Positions 29,404 through 39,621 of a DNA stretch of 64,000 nucleotides are shown here, one piece after another. This DNA comes from Candidatus Latescibacterota bacterium (lineage in GTDB: Bacteria > Latescibacterota > UBA2968 > UBA8231): assembly GCA_965206595.1 (NCBI GenBank), contig OZ242214.1:6592001-6656000 (forward strand), given 5' to 3'. The notes beneath the pieces were generated by a model that saw only the letters and a list, made by a program, of their open reading frames with translations, had not been told where the DNA came from and made no database searches. The position numbers and the translations under genes are program-made. The stretch's first letter is position 1, and each line of letters begins with the position of its first letter.

Positions 29404-30816
29404 TCAGTCTCCCTGCCCGAGCATGGCGCGCACGTCGGTCACCGCGCCCTCGATCGCCGCGGCGGCGACCATTGCCGGGCTCATCAGCAGTGTCCGCCCC
29501 GTCGGGCTCCCTTGACGGCCCTTGAAGTTGCGGTTGCTCGACGAGGCACAGACCTGCCGCCCCTGCAGCTTGTCCGGATTCATCGCCAGGCACATCGAGC
29601 AACCGGCCTCCCGCCAATCGAAACCGGCCTCGCGAAAGACCTCGTGCAGGCCTTCGGCCTGGGCCTCCTCGCGCACCTCGCGGGACCCGGGAACCACGAG
29701 CGCCTTGATGTTTGCCTTGACCTTGCGGCCCCTGGCGACCTTCGCCGCCTCGCGCAGGTCGGATATTCTCGAGTTGGTGCACGAACCGACGAAGGCGACG
29801 TCGATGGCCGTGCCGGCAATCCTGTCCCCTTCCTCGAACTCCATGAAGTCGAGCGCTTCCCGCACGCTCGCCCGTTCCGATTCCGGAAAGGAGGTCAGCC
29901 GCGGGATGGCGCCGTCGACACCCGCCGACTGGCCGGGGGTGATTCCCCAGGTCACGGTCGGGGCGATGGCTCCGCCGTCGATTTCGACGCGGTCGTCGTA
30001 ACTCGCGCCAGTGGAGGAGGGCAGTGAACCCCACCATTCCGAGGCCCTGTCGAAGGCGCTTTCCGGCGGTGCGTACGGACGCCCCCGGACATAGTCGAAC
30101 GTCGTCTGGTCCGGGTTGACGTAACCGCAACGGGCGCCCCCCTCGATCGACATGTTGCAGACCGTCATGCGCTCTTCCATCGACATGGCGTCGAAGACCT
30201 CGCCGCCGTACTCGTAGGCGTAGCCCGCCCCGCTTTTCACCCCCAGTTCGCCGATGATGTTGAGGATGACGTCCTTGGCGTACACCCCTTCTCCGAGCCG
30301 GCCGTTGACCTCGATGCGGCGCACCCGCGGCCGCGCCATCGCCAGACACTGGCTCGCCAGGACGTCGCGCACCTGACTGGTGCCTATGCCGAAGGCAATC
30401 GATCCGAAGGCCCCGTGGGTCGAGGTGTGGCTGTCGCCGCAGGCGATGGTCATCCCCGGCTGCGTCAGCCCCAGCTCGGGGCCGATAACGTGCACGATCC
30501 CCTGGCGCGGGTCGTTCATGTCGAACAGGGGCACGGCGAATTCTCTCGCGTTCTCCTCGAGCGCAGCCATCATCTCTTCGGCAAGCCCGTCGGCAAACGG
30601 GCGCCCGCGCCGGTCCGTCGGGATGATGTGATCGACGGTGGCGTAGGTGCGCTCCGGATGCAGCACCTTCAGGCCGCGCTCGCGCAGCATCTGAAAGGCC
30701 TGGGGGCTGGTCACTTCGTGGATCAGGTGGAGGCCGATGAACAGCTGCGATTGCCCCGAGGGGAGCCGCCGCACCTCGTGCATATCCCAGATCTTCTCGA
30801 ACAGATTCTTCGACAT
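29404..30816 (-). CDS. leuC: 3-isopropylmalate dehydratase large subunit
   Basis: [46 protein letters not shown]. Confidence 0.96.
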   Translation of the reverse strand: MSKNLFEKIWDMHEVRRLPSGQSQLFIGLHLIHEVTSPQAFQMLRERGLKVLHPERTYATVDHIIPTDRRGRPFADGLAEEMMAALEENAREFAVPLFDMNDPRQGIVHVIGPELGLTQPGMTIACGDSHTSTHGAFGSIAFGIGTSQVRDVLASQCLAMARPRVRRIEVNGRLGEGVYAKDVILNIIGELGVKSGAGYAYEYGGEVFDAMSMEERMTVCNMSIEGGARCGYVNPDQTTFDYVRGRPYAPPESAFDRASEWWGSLPSSTGASYDDRVEIDGGAIAPTVTWGITPGQSAGVDGAIPRLTSFPESERASVREALDFMEFEEGDRIAGTAIDVAFVGSCTNSRISDLREAAKVARGRKVKANIKALVVPGSREVREEAQAEGLHEVFREAGFDWREAGCSMCLAMNPDKLQGRQVCASSSNRNFKGRQGSPTGRTLLMSPAMVAAAAIEGAVTDVRAMLGQGD

Positions 30817-30831
30817 TTCCCAGTCTCGTCG

Positions 30832-32376
<1,545 letters not shown>

Positions 32377-32485
32377 GACTCGTCCCTTTCATGACGCCAC
32401 CTGGCAAGATTGTGGCTTCACTCGCGAGTTGCATGTGACCCGAAGGCGCACTGTGACTCGAATGGTTTCATGGATCCGGGGAGAC

Positions 32486-33475
32486 CTACCCTTCGAGCCA
32501 ACTCATCATGCCGCGCAGACGGGCCCCCACCTCTTCGATCTGGTGCTCGGCGTCCTGGCGTTTGCGGGCGTTGTATACAGGCCTGCCAACCTGGTTTTCC
32601 AGCATCCACTCTTTTGCGAACTGCCCGTTCTGCACCTCTTCGAGGATCTTCTTCATGCGCTGCCGCGTCTCTCCCGTCACCACTCGCTTGCCGCGGGTGA
32701 GATCACCGAACTCGGCCGTGTCCGAGATCGACGAGCGCATGTTGGCGATGCCCCCTTCGTATATCAGGTCGACGATCAGCTTCACCTCGTGCAGGCACTC
32801 GAAGTAGCAGACCTCGGGCTGGTAGCCCGCCTCGACGAGGGTCTCGAAGCCGGCGCGGATCAACTCGGTCAGGCCTCCGCACAGCACCACCTGCTCTCCG
32901 AACAGGTCGGTCTCGGTCTCTTCGCGGAAGGTCGTCGTGATGACGCCTCCCCGGGTGCCGCCGATTCCCTTGGCGTAGGCGAGCCCGATTTCGTGGGCGC
33001 GCCCCGTGGCGTCCTGCCCGATCGCCAGCAGGCACGGGACCCCTCCCCCTTCTTCGTATACCCGGCGCACCAGGTGACCGGGTCCCTTCGGCGCCACCAT
33101 GAAGACATCGACGTTGGCCGGCGGCACCACCTGCTTGAAGTGAATGTTGAACCCGTGCGCGAAGGCCACGGCGTTTCCCTCTTCCAGGTTGGGCTCGATA
33201 TCGGCTTTGAACACCGCACCCTGGATCTCGTCGTTGATCAGAATCATGATGATGTCTCCCGCCTTCGCCGCTTCGGGTACCGTGGCGACCGCGAGGCCGT
33301 CTCTCTCCGCCTCGGCGCGGCGGGCGCTTCTTTCGCGCAGTCCGACGACGACATTCACGCCGCTCTCCTTGAGGTTGAGGGCGTGCGCGTGCCCCTGGCT
33401 GCCGTAGCCGATGACGGCCACGGTTTTGTCCGCGAGCAGTTCGAGGTTGGCGTCATCGTCGTAGAACATCTGCAT
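32486..33475 (-). CDS. ilvC: Ketol-acid reductoisomerase
   Basis: [36 protein letters not shown]; AGGAG RBS 9 nt before the ATG at 33475. Confidence 0.96.
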   Translation of the reverse strand: MQMFYDDDANLELLADKTVAVIGYGSQGHAHALNLKESGVNVVVGLRERSARRAEAERDGLAVATVPEAAKAGDIIMILINDEIQGAVFKADIEPNLEEGNAVAFAHGFNIHFKQVVPPANVDVFMVAPKGPGHLVRRVYEEGGGVPCLLAIGQDATGRAHEIGLAYAKGIGGTRGGVITTTFREETETDLFGEQVVLCGGLTELIRAGFETLVEAGYQPEVCYFECLHEVKLIVDLIYEGGIANMRSSISDTAEFGDLTRGKRVVTGETRQRMKKILEEVQNGQFAKEWMLENQVGRPVYNARKRQDAEHQIEEVGARLRGMMSWLEG

Positions 33476-33529
33476 CGTCGTCATCTCCTGGGGGGTGTTG
33501 AGGGAAGCATCGGTCTCGTCGACAGACAT

Positions 33530-33605
33530 TTTTCGGTCACTGCCACAGACACAATTCGGTCACTGCCTTTTCGGTCACTGCCACAGACACAATTCGGTCA
33601 CTGCC
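33530..33605. repeat. 38-bp perfect tandem duplication containing four copies of TTCGGTCACTGCC
   Basis: ttttcggtcactgccacagacacaattcggtcactgcc x2; 13-mers at 33532, 33555, 33570 and 33593. Confidence 0.95.
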
Positions 33606-33619
33606 TTTGAATTTTATCA

Positions 33620-33798
33620 AGGCTCCGTTCTCGGTCGGGTTGTTGGTAGCGAAAGAGCGGAGCCTACTCGATCAGCGCGGTAAGGCGAAGGCCGAGGAGC
33701 AGGAGAATGATCGGAAGGAGGCGCAGAGATGCCGGTGTCGGGAGTTTGTTGCGCGAGGCGGGAGCCGCCTCGCGATCCTTGTCTGGAGAGCAGTACAA
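33620..33798 (-). promoter_or_regulatory. Putative Leu/Ile-sensing leader peptide (33798-33664) and attenuator hairpins of the ilvC-leu operon
   Basis: 44-aa ORF (TTG start) ending SLRLLPIILLLLGLRLTALIE; 10-bp hairpin at 33752-33774; hairpin at 33620-33665 overlaps the leader stop codon. Confidence 0.6.
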
Positions 33799-33841
33799 AT
33801 CCAACCGGCCCAAGTGGTTAGAATAAAGTTACATATTTGTT

Positions 33842-33871
33842 AATATAGAACGGCTCCCCGGACGATGTCAA
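33842..33871 (-). promoter_or_regulatory. Sigma70-like promoter for the ilvC-leu operon
   Basis: TTGACA-N18-TATATT on the minus strand in an AT-rich patch. Confidence 0.65.
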
Positions 33872-33896
33872 CAACGCCGATAGTGACCGCTGGATA

Positions 33897-34883
33897 ATGC
33901 CCGCCCTGGACATCTACGAAATCGCCGATGCAAGCAACGCCGGGGACTGGGACGAGTTCGTGCGCGGCGCCGTGGGCGGCACGGTGTTCTCGACGCGGGC
34001 ATGGCTGGAGTGCGCGCAGGAAGCGACCGGCGACCGCGCCGTCAACTACGGCTGTTACAAGAAGGGACAGCTCGTAGCCGGCGTCAGCGGAATCGAGCGC
34101 CGTCGCGGCAGGCAGTTGATCACCCCGCCCCTGATGCCGCACGGCGGCTTCATCCACCGGCCGGTCCCCAGCGACCTGCCGTCGCGGCAGGAATCGGAGC
34201 GTCGCGGGGAAGCGCGCGCCCTAATCGAATTCCTGGAGGGCAGCTACGGCCACGTGCACCTCACCTTGTCACCTGCAATCGACGACGTCCGCGAGTTTTC
34301 CTGGGCAGGTTGGAACGCGGCGCCCCGGTACACCTACCTCACCGATCTCCGCTGCGGTTCGGCCGCGGTCTGGTCCCGCCTCGAGCGCCGCACCCGCACC
34401 GTAATCCGCAAAGCCTCGGAGATATTCCGGTTCGAGCCTGCCGACGATCTCGACGAGCTCGTGCAGCAGTACGAGATGGTCTATGGCGAACAGGGCCGCC
34501 CACCGGTTGCAGCCGATATCATGCGGCGGTTCGCCTTCGAGGCGCGGAAACACGAACTCACCGAGGCCTACCGCGTCGTCGACGGCACCGGCCGCACCGC
34601 CTCGGTAGTCGTATTTTCCCGCGGCTTCGACACCATCTACGCCTGGGTCTCCGGGGCCGATCCCGACTTTCGCGACAGCGGCGCCACTTCCTTTCTCTAC
34701 TGGAAGCTGCTCGAGCAGACCGGTTTTCCCCGGTTCGACTTCGTTGGCGCCAACCTTCCGGGAATCGCCTTTTTCAAGCGCGGATTCGGGGGCAGGCTGG
34801 TGTCATACTATGCCGTCGAGACCTTCCCGAACCGGCTGCTGAAACTGCTTGCCGGAGGCCGTCTCCTCCTGCGGGGATCCTGA
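33897..34883 (+). CDS. GNAT family acetyltransferase (FemAB/CelD-like)
   Basis: GTVFS..W, RYTY, RT.IRKA, GATSFLYW, FDFVGAN..IAFFKRGFGG. Confidence 0.8.
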   Translation: MPALDIYEIADASNAGDWDEFVRGAVGGTVFSTRAWLECAQEATGDRAVNYGCYKKGQLVAGVSGIERRRGRQLITPPLMPHGGFIHRPVPSDLPSRQESERRGEARALIEFLEGSYGHVHLTLSPAIDDVREFSWAGWNAAPRYTYLTDLRCGSAAVWSRLERRTRTVIRKASEIFRFEPADDLDELVQQYEMVYGEQGRPPVAADIMRRFAFEARKHELTEAYRVVDGTGRTASVVVFSRGFDTIYAWVSGADPDFRDSGATSFLYWKLLEQTGFPRFDFVGANLPGIAFFKRGFGGRLVSYYAVETFPNRLLKLLAGGRLLLRGS

Positions 34884-34943
34884 TCCTCCTTGCCGCCTTC
34901 CGAGGGAGCCGTGGATTCGCCAAATCGACAGGGGAGCCCGGCC

Positions 34944-36080
34944 GTGAAACCATACCGCATCGCCATAGTCGGACTCGGCAGCATGGGACATCACCACGCC
35001 GAGGCGGTAGAAGCGGAAAATACCTGCGAGCTCGCCGGCGCCGCGGAAGTCAATTGCGATCAATCGCGCAAATGGCGGCAGCGCTTCGCCGTCAAGGCGG
35101 TCTTCGATGACTACGAGAAGATGATGGATGAGCTCGAGCCCGACATCGTCATCCTAGCTACACACTCCCCCGTGCACTGCGCAGCCACTCTGGCCGCGGC
35201 GCAACGCGGCATCCACGTGTTCTGCGAAAAACCTATCGCCTTGAACCTGGTCGAGGCCGACGCCATGGTGGCCTCCTGCGACGACAACGACGTGCGCCTC
35301 GCCATCAATCACATCAAGCGGGCAAGTCCCTACAACCGCTACGTGCAGGAAAAGATCAGCAACGGCGAGATCGGCCGGCTCATCCAGGTCAAGGCTTTCG
35401 AAAAAGGGGGAAGGCGCGCCGGCAACGCCTTGATGGAGATGGGGACCCATTTGTACGACTGGGTTCGCTTTTTCGCCGGAGACATGGAATGGGCGCACGC
35501 CCACCTCCAGCAGCTCGACGGCAGGGAATCGAAGATCCGCGACATCAGACATACCCGAGAAGTAGATGCAAGCGATCGCGATTCCGGCCTGGTCCTGGGT
35601 GAGCGCGGATTCGTTTCCTTCCGTTTCAAGACGGGAATACATGCACAGGTGGAGTTTCTTGCCGAGCCGCGTGCCAACGACGATGCCTACGGTCTCGACC
35701 TGATCGGAACAGAAGGACGCCTGGCCCTGCGAGGCAGCGTCGGAACCGCTTTGTTCATCCACGACGGTTCTCATCACACCCCCATTGAGGAGTGGATCCC
35801 TCAGGCGGTCCCATCGGAGGATGTCGACGAACTGGGCAAGCGGCGGGACATGGCGGCGAAGAGGTTGTTATTACAGCGGTTGATGCTCCGCGATCTGATT
35901 GCGGCGATCGAGGAAGGACGCGATCCGGCAGCCAGCGGAAGGGATGGGCGTGACTGCCTGGAGATGATCCACGCCACCTGGGAGTCGCACTTGCGCAAAG
36001 CACGCGTCCGGGCGCCGCTGGAACCGCGCGAACATGTGCTGGAACTGTGGCAAAGGCAGGGTGATCCACGCTTTCTCTGA
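34944..36080 (+). CDS. Gfo/Idh/MocA family oxidoreductase
   Basis: IVGLGSMG, HVFCEKP, MGTHLYD, GTEG. Confidence 0.88.
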   Translation: MKPYRIAIVGLGSMGHHHAEAVEAENTCELAGAAEVNCDQSRKWRQRFAVKAVFDDYEKMMDELEPDIVILATHSPVHCAATLAAAQRGIHVFCEKPIALNLVEADAMVASCDDNDVRLAINHIKRASPYNRYVQEKISNGEIGRLIQVKAFEKGGRRAGNALMEMGTHLYDWVRFFAGDMEWAHAHLQQLDGRESKIRDIRHTREVDASDRDSGLVLGERGFVSFRFKTGIHAQVEFLAEPRANDDAYGLDLIGTEGRLALRGSVGTALFIHDGSHHTPIEEWIPQAVPSEDVDELGKRRDMAAKRLLLQRLMLRDLIAAIEEGRDPAASGRDGRDCLEMIHATWESHLRKARVRAPLEPREHVLELWQRQGDPRFL

Positions 36081-36265
36081 TTTGGCCTGGCATCCAGATG
36101 GTGCCGGCCACTTGGGCGAACCCCGCCACCAGGTATCGGTATGTCAAGACGGCTTTCGGCTATTGGCGCTGTCATCGTTCTCTGTATCCGGCGTTACAGC
36201 GCCCCCCGGCGCCCGGAACCTTGGCTGAAGGGACACGACCAGGCACCGACCAGGAGGCATAACCC

Positions 36266-36475
36266 ATGGTGAAGTTCCTCCTCAAGGAGCTCCTGGAGCG
36301 GAAGGGAGCTCCCACGCAGTCCGAGCTCGCCCGCAGAATCGGGATGCGGGCGCCAGCAGTTGAACCGACTGGTCAGGGGCGAGATCAAGCGCATCGACCT
36401 CGATACCCTCGATCGCATCTACCGCGCCCTTGGATGCGAGGGCGTCGACGAGCCGATCGTCCACGTCCCCGGGCC
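36266..36475 (+). pseudogene. Cro/C1-type (XRE) HTH regulator with a +1 frameshift
   Basis: AGGAGG RBS; MVKFLLKELLERKG..TQSELARRIG in one frame, NRLVRGEIKRIDLDTLDRIYRALG in the next; shift at 36359-36362. Confidence 0.7.
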
Positions 36476-36640
36476 GATCTGCCAGCCTCCCGGGGAACCC
36501 TTTACGCAGGGCCCCTTCCTCCTGTCCTGCCTGCAGCCTCTGAGGACGCCTGAAGACCGGATTCCTCTCGCTCGCCGTGCCCCGGACGCCTCCCTATCTT
36601 ATCGAACTCCGCCCTCGATATTGCAATCGAACAGGTCCTG

Positions 36641-37603
36641 ATGACGACGGAAACACTTCCCCAGTTCACCTTCAGCGGCCGTCCGCTCGACATGTCGGGT
36701 GTCGGCCCCCTGCGCAGCTCTATCGACGTTGTCGCGGACCGCGAGGAGCTGCACCGGCGCATGGCTGCCGACGGCTATCTCTTCCTTCCCGGATACCTCG
36801 ACCGCGACGAGGTCGCCGCGGCGCGTATGAGCGCCATGCGGCGGATCGCCGCTACGGGGGTCTTCGAGGAGGGTTCCCCTCTCGAGGAAGGGCGATTCAA
36901 GCCCGGAACGAGGATCCGCTCTGCCCAGGACGTGCCTGTCGACAACCCCGAGATCGACAGGCTGCTCTACTCCGGCCGCATGATCCAGTTCTACGAGTTC
37001 TTTCTCGGCGGGCAGGTGGCGCACTTCGACTACACTTGGTTCCGGGCCAAGACGCAGGGGAAGGCCATCGCCACCGACCCGCACTGCGACATCGTATTCA
37101 TGTCGCGCGGAACCAGGAACCTGTACACCTCCTGGACCCCCCTCGACGACGTCCCGTTTGAAATGGGCGGGCTGATGCTGCTCGAAGGCTCGCACCTGCA
37201 GGAGGAGCTGAAGGCTACCTACGGCTGCGCCGACGTCAACCTGTACTGCGAGAATTCCGGGGAGGCCGCGGCCATCGTCGCCGCGGCGAAGGCGGAAAAT
37301 CGCGAACTGACCGGCGAGGAGAGGAACCACATTCAGTGGACCACCCTCGGCCCCTACGGCAAGGACCCGATCGACACCCGCGCCGACCTCGGAGGCCGCT
37401 GGCTGACCGCCGACTACAGGATGGGCGACCTGCTGGTCTTCACCATGTACACCATGCACGCCGCCCACGACAACCAGACCGACCGCCTGCGGATCTCCAC
37501 CGACTCCCGCTACCAGCTCGCCTCCGAGCCGATCGACAGCCGCTGGGTCGGCGATCCCCCTCCGGGAAACGGCATCGGGCACCATCGAGGGACGATCTGT
37601 TGA
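36641..37603 (+). CDS. Phytanoyl-CoA dioxygenase (PhyH) family protein
   Basis: DGYLFL, PHCDIVFMSRG (HxD), WTPL, GGLMLLEGSH, distal H in TMH, RISTDSRYQ. Confidence 0.88.
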   Translation: MTTETLPQFTFSGRPLDMSGVGPLRSSIDVVADREELHRRMAADGYLFLPGYLDRDEVAAARMSAMRRIAATGVFEEGSPLEEGRFKPGTRIRSAQDVPVDNPEIDRLLYSGRMIQFYEFFLGGQVAHFDYTWFRAKTQGKAIATDPHCDIVFMSRGTRNLYTSWTPLDDVPFEMGGLMLLEGSHLQEELKATYGCADVNLYCENSGEAAAIVAAAKAENRELTGEERNHIQWTTLGPYGKDPIDTRADLGGRWLTADYRMGDLLVFTMYTMHAAHDNQTDRLRISTDSRYQLASEPIDSRWVGDPPPGNGIGHHRGTIC

Positions 37604-37628
37604 GGCCGGCTTCCCCGGGTAGGCGGCC

Positions 37629-38711
37629 GTGAGCCGGCCGCTTCGGCTCGGCATCGTCGGGGCGGGCTTCACCGGCAGGCAGGCCGCGCTCTCCGCGTCC
37701 CAGATGGCGCGGGTCGAAAACGCGGCGATCGCCGACACCGATTCGGGGCGCCGCGACCCGGTGGCCGAGGAGTTCGGCATTTCCGGCCGCTACGCCGACT
37801 ACCGCGAGCTGCTCAGCGACGGCCGCGTCGACGCCATCTATCTCGGCGTCCCTCCCGACATACGCACGCCGATGGTCCTCGACAGCCTCGCCGCGGGCAA
37901 GCACGTCCTGGTGCAGAAGCCGCACGCGACCCGGGCCGGGGAGATCCTCGAGATAGGGACGGCCGCGCAACGGGCCGGCAGGGTCGTCCAGTTCTGCTAT
38001 TACCTGCGCCACTACCCCCACAACCGCGCCGTCCGCCTCGCGGTCGCCGCGGGAAGGATCGGCGAGCCCTACCACGGCCGCTATTTCAGCAAGAACGCGA
38101 GCCCGCCGGAAACGATTACCGATGCCAACCGCTGGCTGCACGTGTACGGCATGAAGGGGGGCGTGCTGGCCCAACACATGTCGCACGATCTCAACCTGCT
38201 CTGGTGGTGGATGGGCTGTCCGGAACCGCAGTGGGCCTTCGCCGCCAAGCACCACCTGCACCCTCTGTACGACGGCCCGGAAGGCCCCTCGGAAGATTAC
38301 TTCAGCGGCCTTCTCGGCTTCGCCGGCGGCAGGACGATCCAGATCGACTGCAGCAACTCCAGCCACTGCGACACCCCGCGAACCTGCGAGCTGCACGGCA
38401 CCGAGGGGGCTATCGCCGGCAATGCCCGCTGCGGCCTGGGCCACGCCCCCGGTTCGCCAGCGAACGAGGCGGTGTTCCGCCGCACCGGGAACGGGTACCG
38501 GCGCGAAGAGATCCCCCTGGAATCCGACATCGAACAGACCGAGGCGCCCGAGGGGGCGTCGCCGTTCTACCACGAGATCGAGCGCTTCGCGATGGCAGTC
38601 GCCGGCGAAACCGTGCCGGAGGTCTCGGCAGCGGAGGCGCACCTGTTCATGAAGATGCTCGACGCCCTCTACGACAGCGCCGAAACCGAACGGAAAATCG
38701 ATATCCGTTGA
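37629..38711 (+). CDS. Gfo/Idh/MocA family oxidoreductase
   Basis: GIVGAG, GKHVLVQKP, GGVLAQHMSH, GTEG. Confidence 0.85.
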   Translation: MSRPLRLGIVGAGFTGRQAALSASQMARVENAAIADTDSGRRDPVAEEFGISGRYADYRELLSDGRVDAIYLGVPPDIRTPMVLDSLAAGKHVLVQKPHATRAGEILEIGTAAQRAGRVVQFCYYLRHYPHNRAVRLAVAAGRIGEPYHGRYFSKNASPPETITDANRWLHVYGMKGGVLAQHMSHDLNLLWWWMGCPEPQWAFAAKHHLHPLYDGPEGPSEDYFSGLLGFAGGRTIQIDCSNSSHCDTPRTCELHGTEGAIAGNARCGLGHAPGSPANEAVFRRTGNGYRREEIPLESDIEQTEAPEGASPFYHEIERFAMAVAGETVPEVSAAEAHLFMKMLDALYDSAETERKIDIR

Positions 38712-38739
38712 AAACCACCTGACCGGAGAAAATACCGAA

Positions 38740-39492
38740 ATGGACATCAGACCGAACCGGATCAAGCAGAAGCTCGCCGACGGAGGCGTCGCCTGCATCC
38801 TCAGCGGCATCTCCGATCCCGACGGCATCGACGCCTTCGGCCCCAACGGCTTCGACGGCGTCTGGCTCGAGGGGGAACACGGCTCCGCCGACGCCTCCAG
38901 GCTCGGCGACCTGACGCGCGCCTGCGACATCTGGGGCATGACCTCGGTTGTGCGCGTCAACAGGAACGATCAGGCGCTGATCTACCGCACCCTGGATTGC
39001 GGCGCCACCGGCATATGCGTACCCCACGTCGACACCAGGGAGGAGGCGCAGAACGTCGTCGACGGGGGAAAGTTCGCGCCGGTCGGCAAGCGCGGCATGT
39101 ACACCAGCCGCCAGGGGTACGGGGTCGAGAACTTCTTCGAGAAGGCCAACGAACAGTCGCTGCTCATCGTTCTGATCGAGGACATCAAGGCGATTTTGAA
39201 TCTCGACGCGATCCTCACGGTCGATCACATCGACGTCTTCTTCGTAGCCCCCACGGACCTCGCCCAGTCGATGGGACACAACGCCGACACCGCGCACCCG
39301 GAGGTTCAGGACACGATCACCGACGCCCTCGCCCGCATCAACGCCGCCGGGCGGGTCGCCGGCTTCACCACCTCCAACGACCAGGTGGAGGACTACGTCG
39401 GCCGCGGCGCCCGGGTGGTCCTGACCTCGGTGGGGGCGTGGCTGGCGGCTGGCGCCAGGGATTTCATCGCGCGCGCCGAGTCCGCTCTGTAG
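38740..39492 (+). CDS. HpcH/HpaI class II aldolase family protein
   Basis: WLEGEHG, VRV, LDCGA, PVGKRG, LIE, FVAPTDL. Confidence 0.88.
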   Translation: MDIRPNRIKQKLADGGVACILSGISDPDGIDAFGPNGFDGVWLEGEHGSADASRLGDLTRACDIWGMTSVVRVNRNDQALIYRTLDCGATGICVPHVDTREEAQNVVDGGKFAPVGKRGMYTSRQGYGVENFFEKANEQSLLIVLIEDIKAILNLDAILTVDHIDVFFVAPTDLAQSMGHNADTAHPEVQDTITDALARINAAGRVAGFTTSNDQVEDYVGRGARVVLTSVGAWLAAGARDFIARAESAL

Positions 39493-39621
39493 TGTCTAGA
39501 TAGGTAGTCTGCGGACCGGGGAATCAGCGAATCCATTTGACTGGGCCGCGGCCCCGCGATCACTTGGCAGTCCGGGAACCGTAGCCACCCTTCCCGATCC
39601 CCGAACGGAGCGGAAGACGAC

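Noticed and set aside
33530-33605. Possible mini-CRISPR array
   Set aside because: Repeats are 13 nt, spacers are 10, 2 and 10 nt with the two long ones identical, and there are no cas genes in the window
36081-36265. Possible transposase or integrase remnant before the XRE pseudogene
   Set aside because: No terminal repeats or recognisable catalytic motifs in any frame
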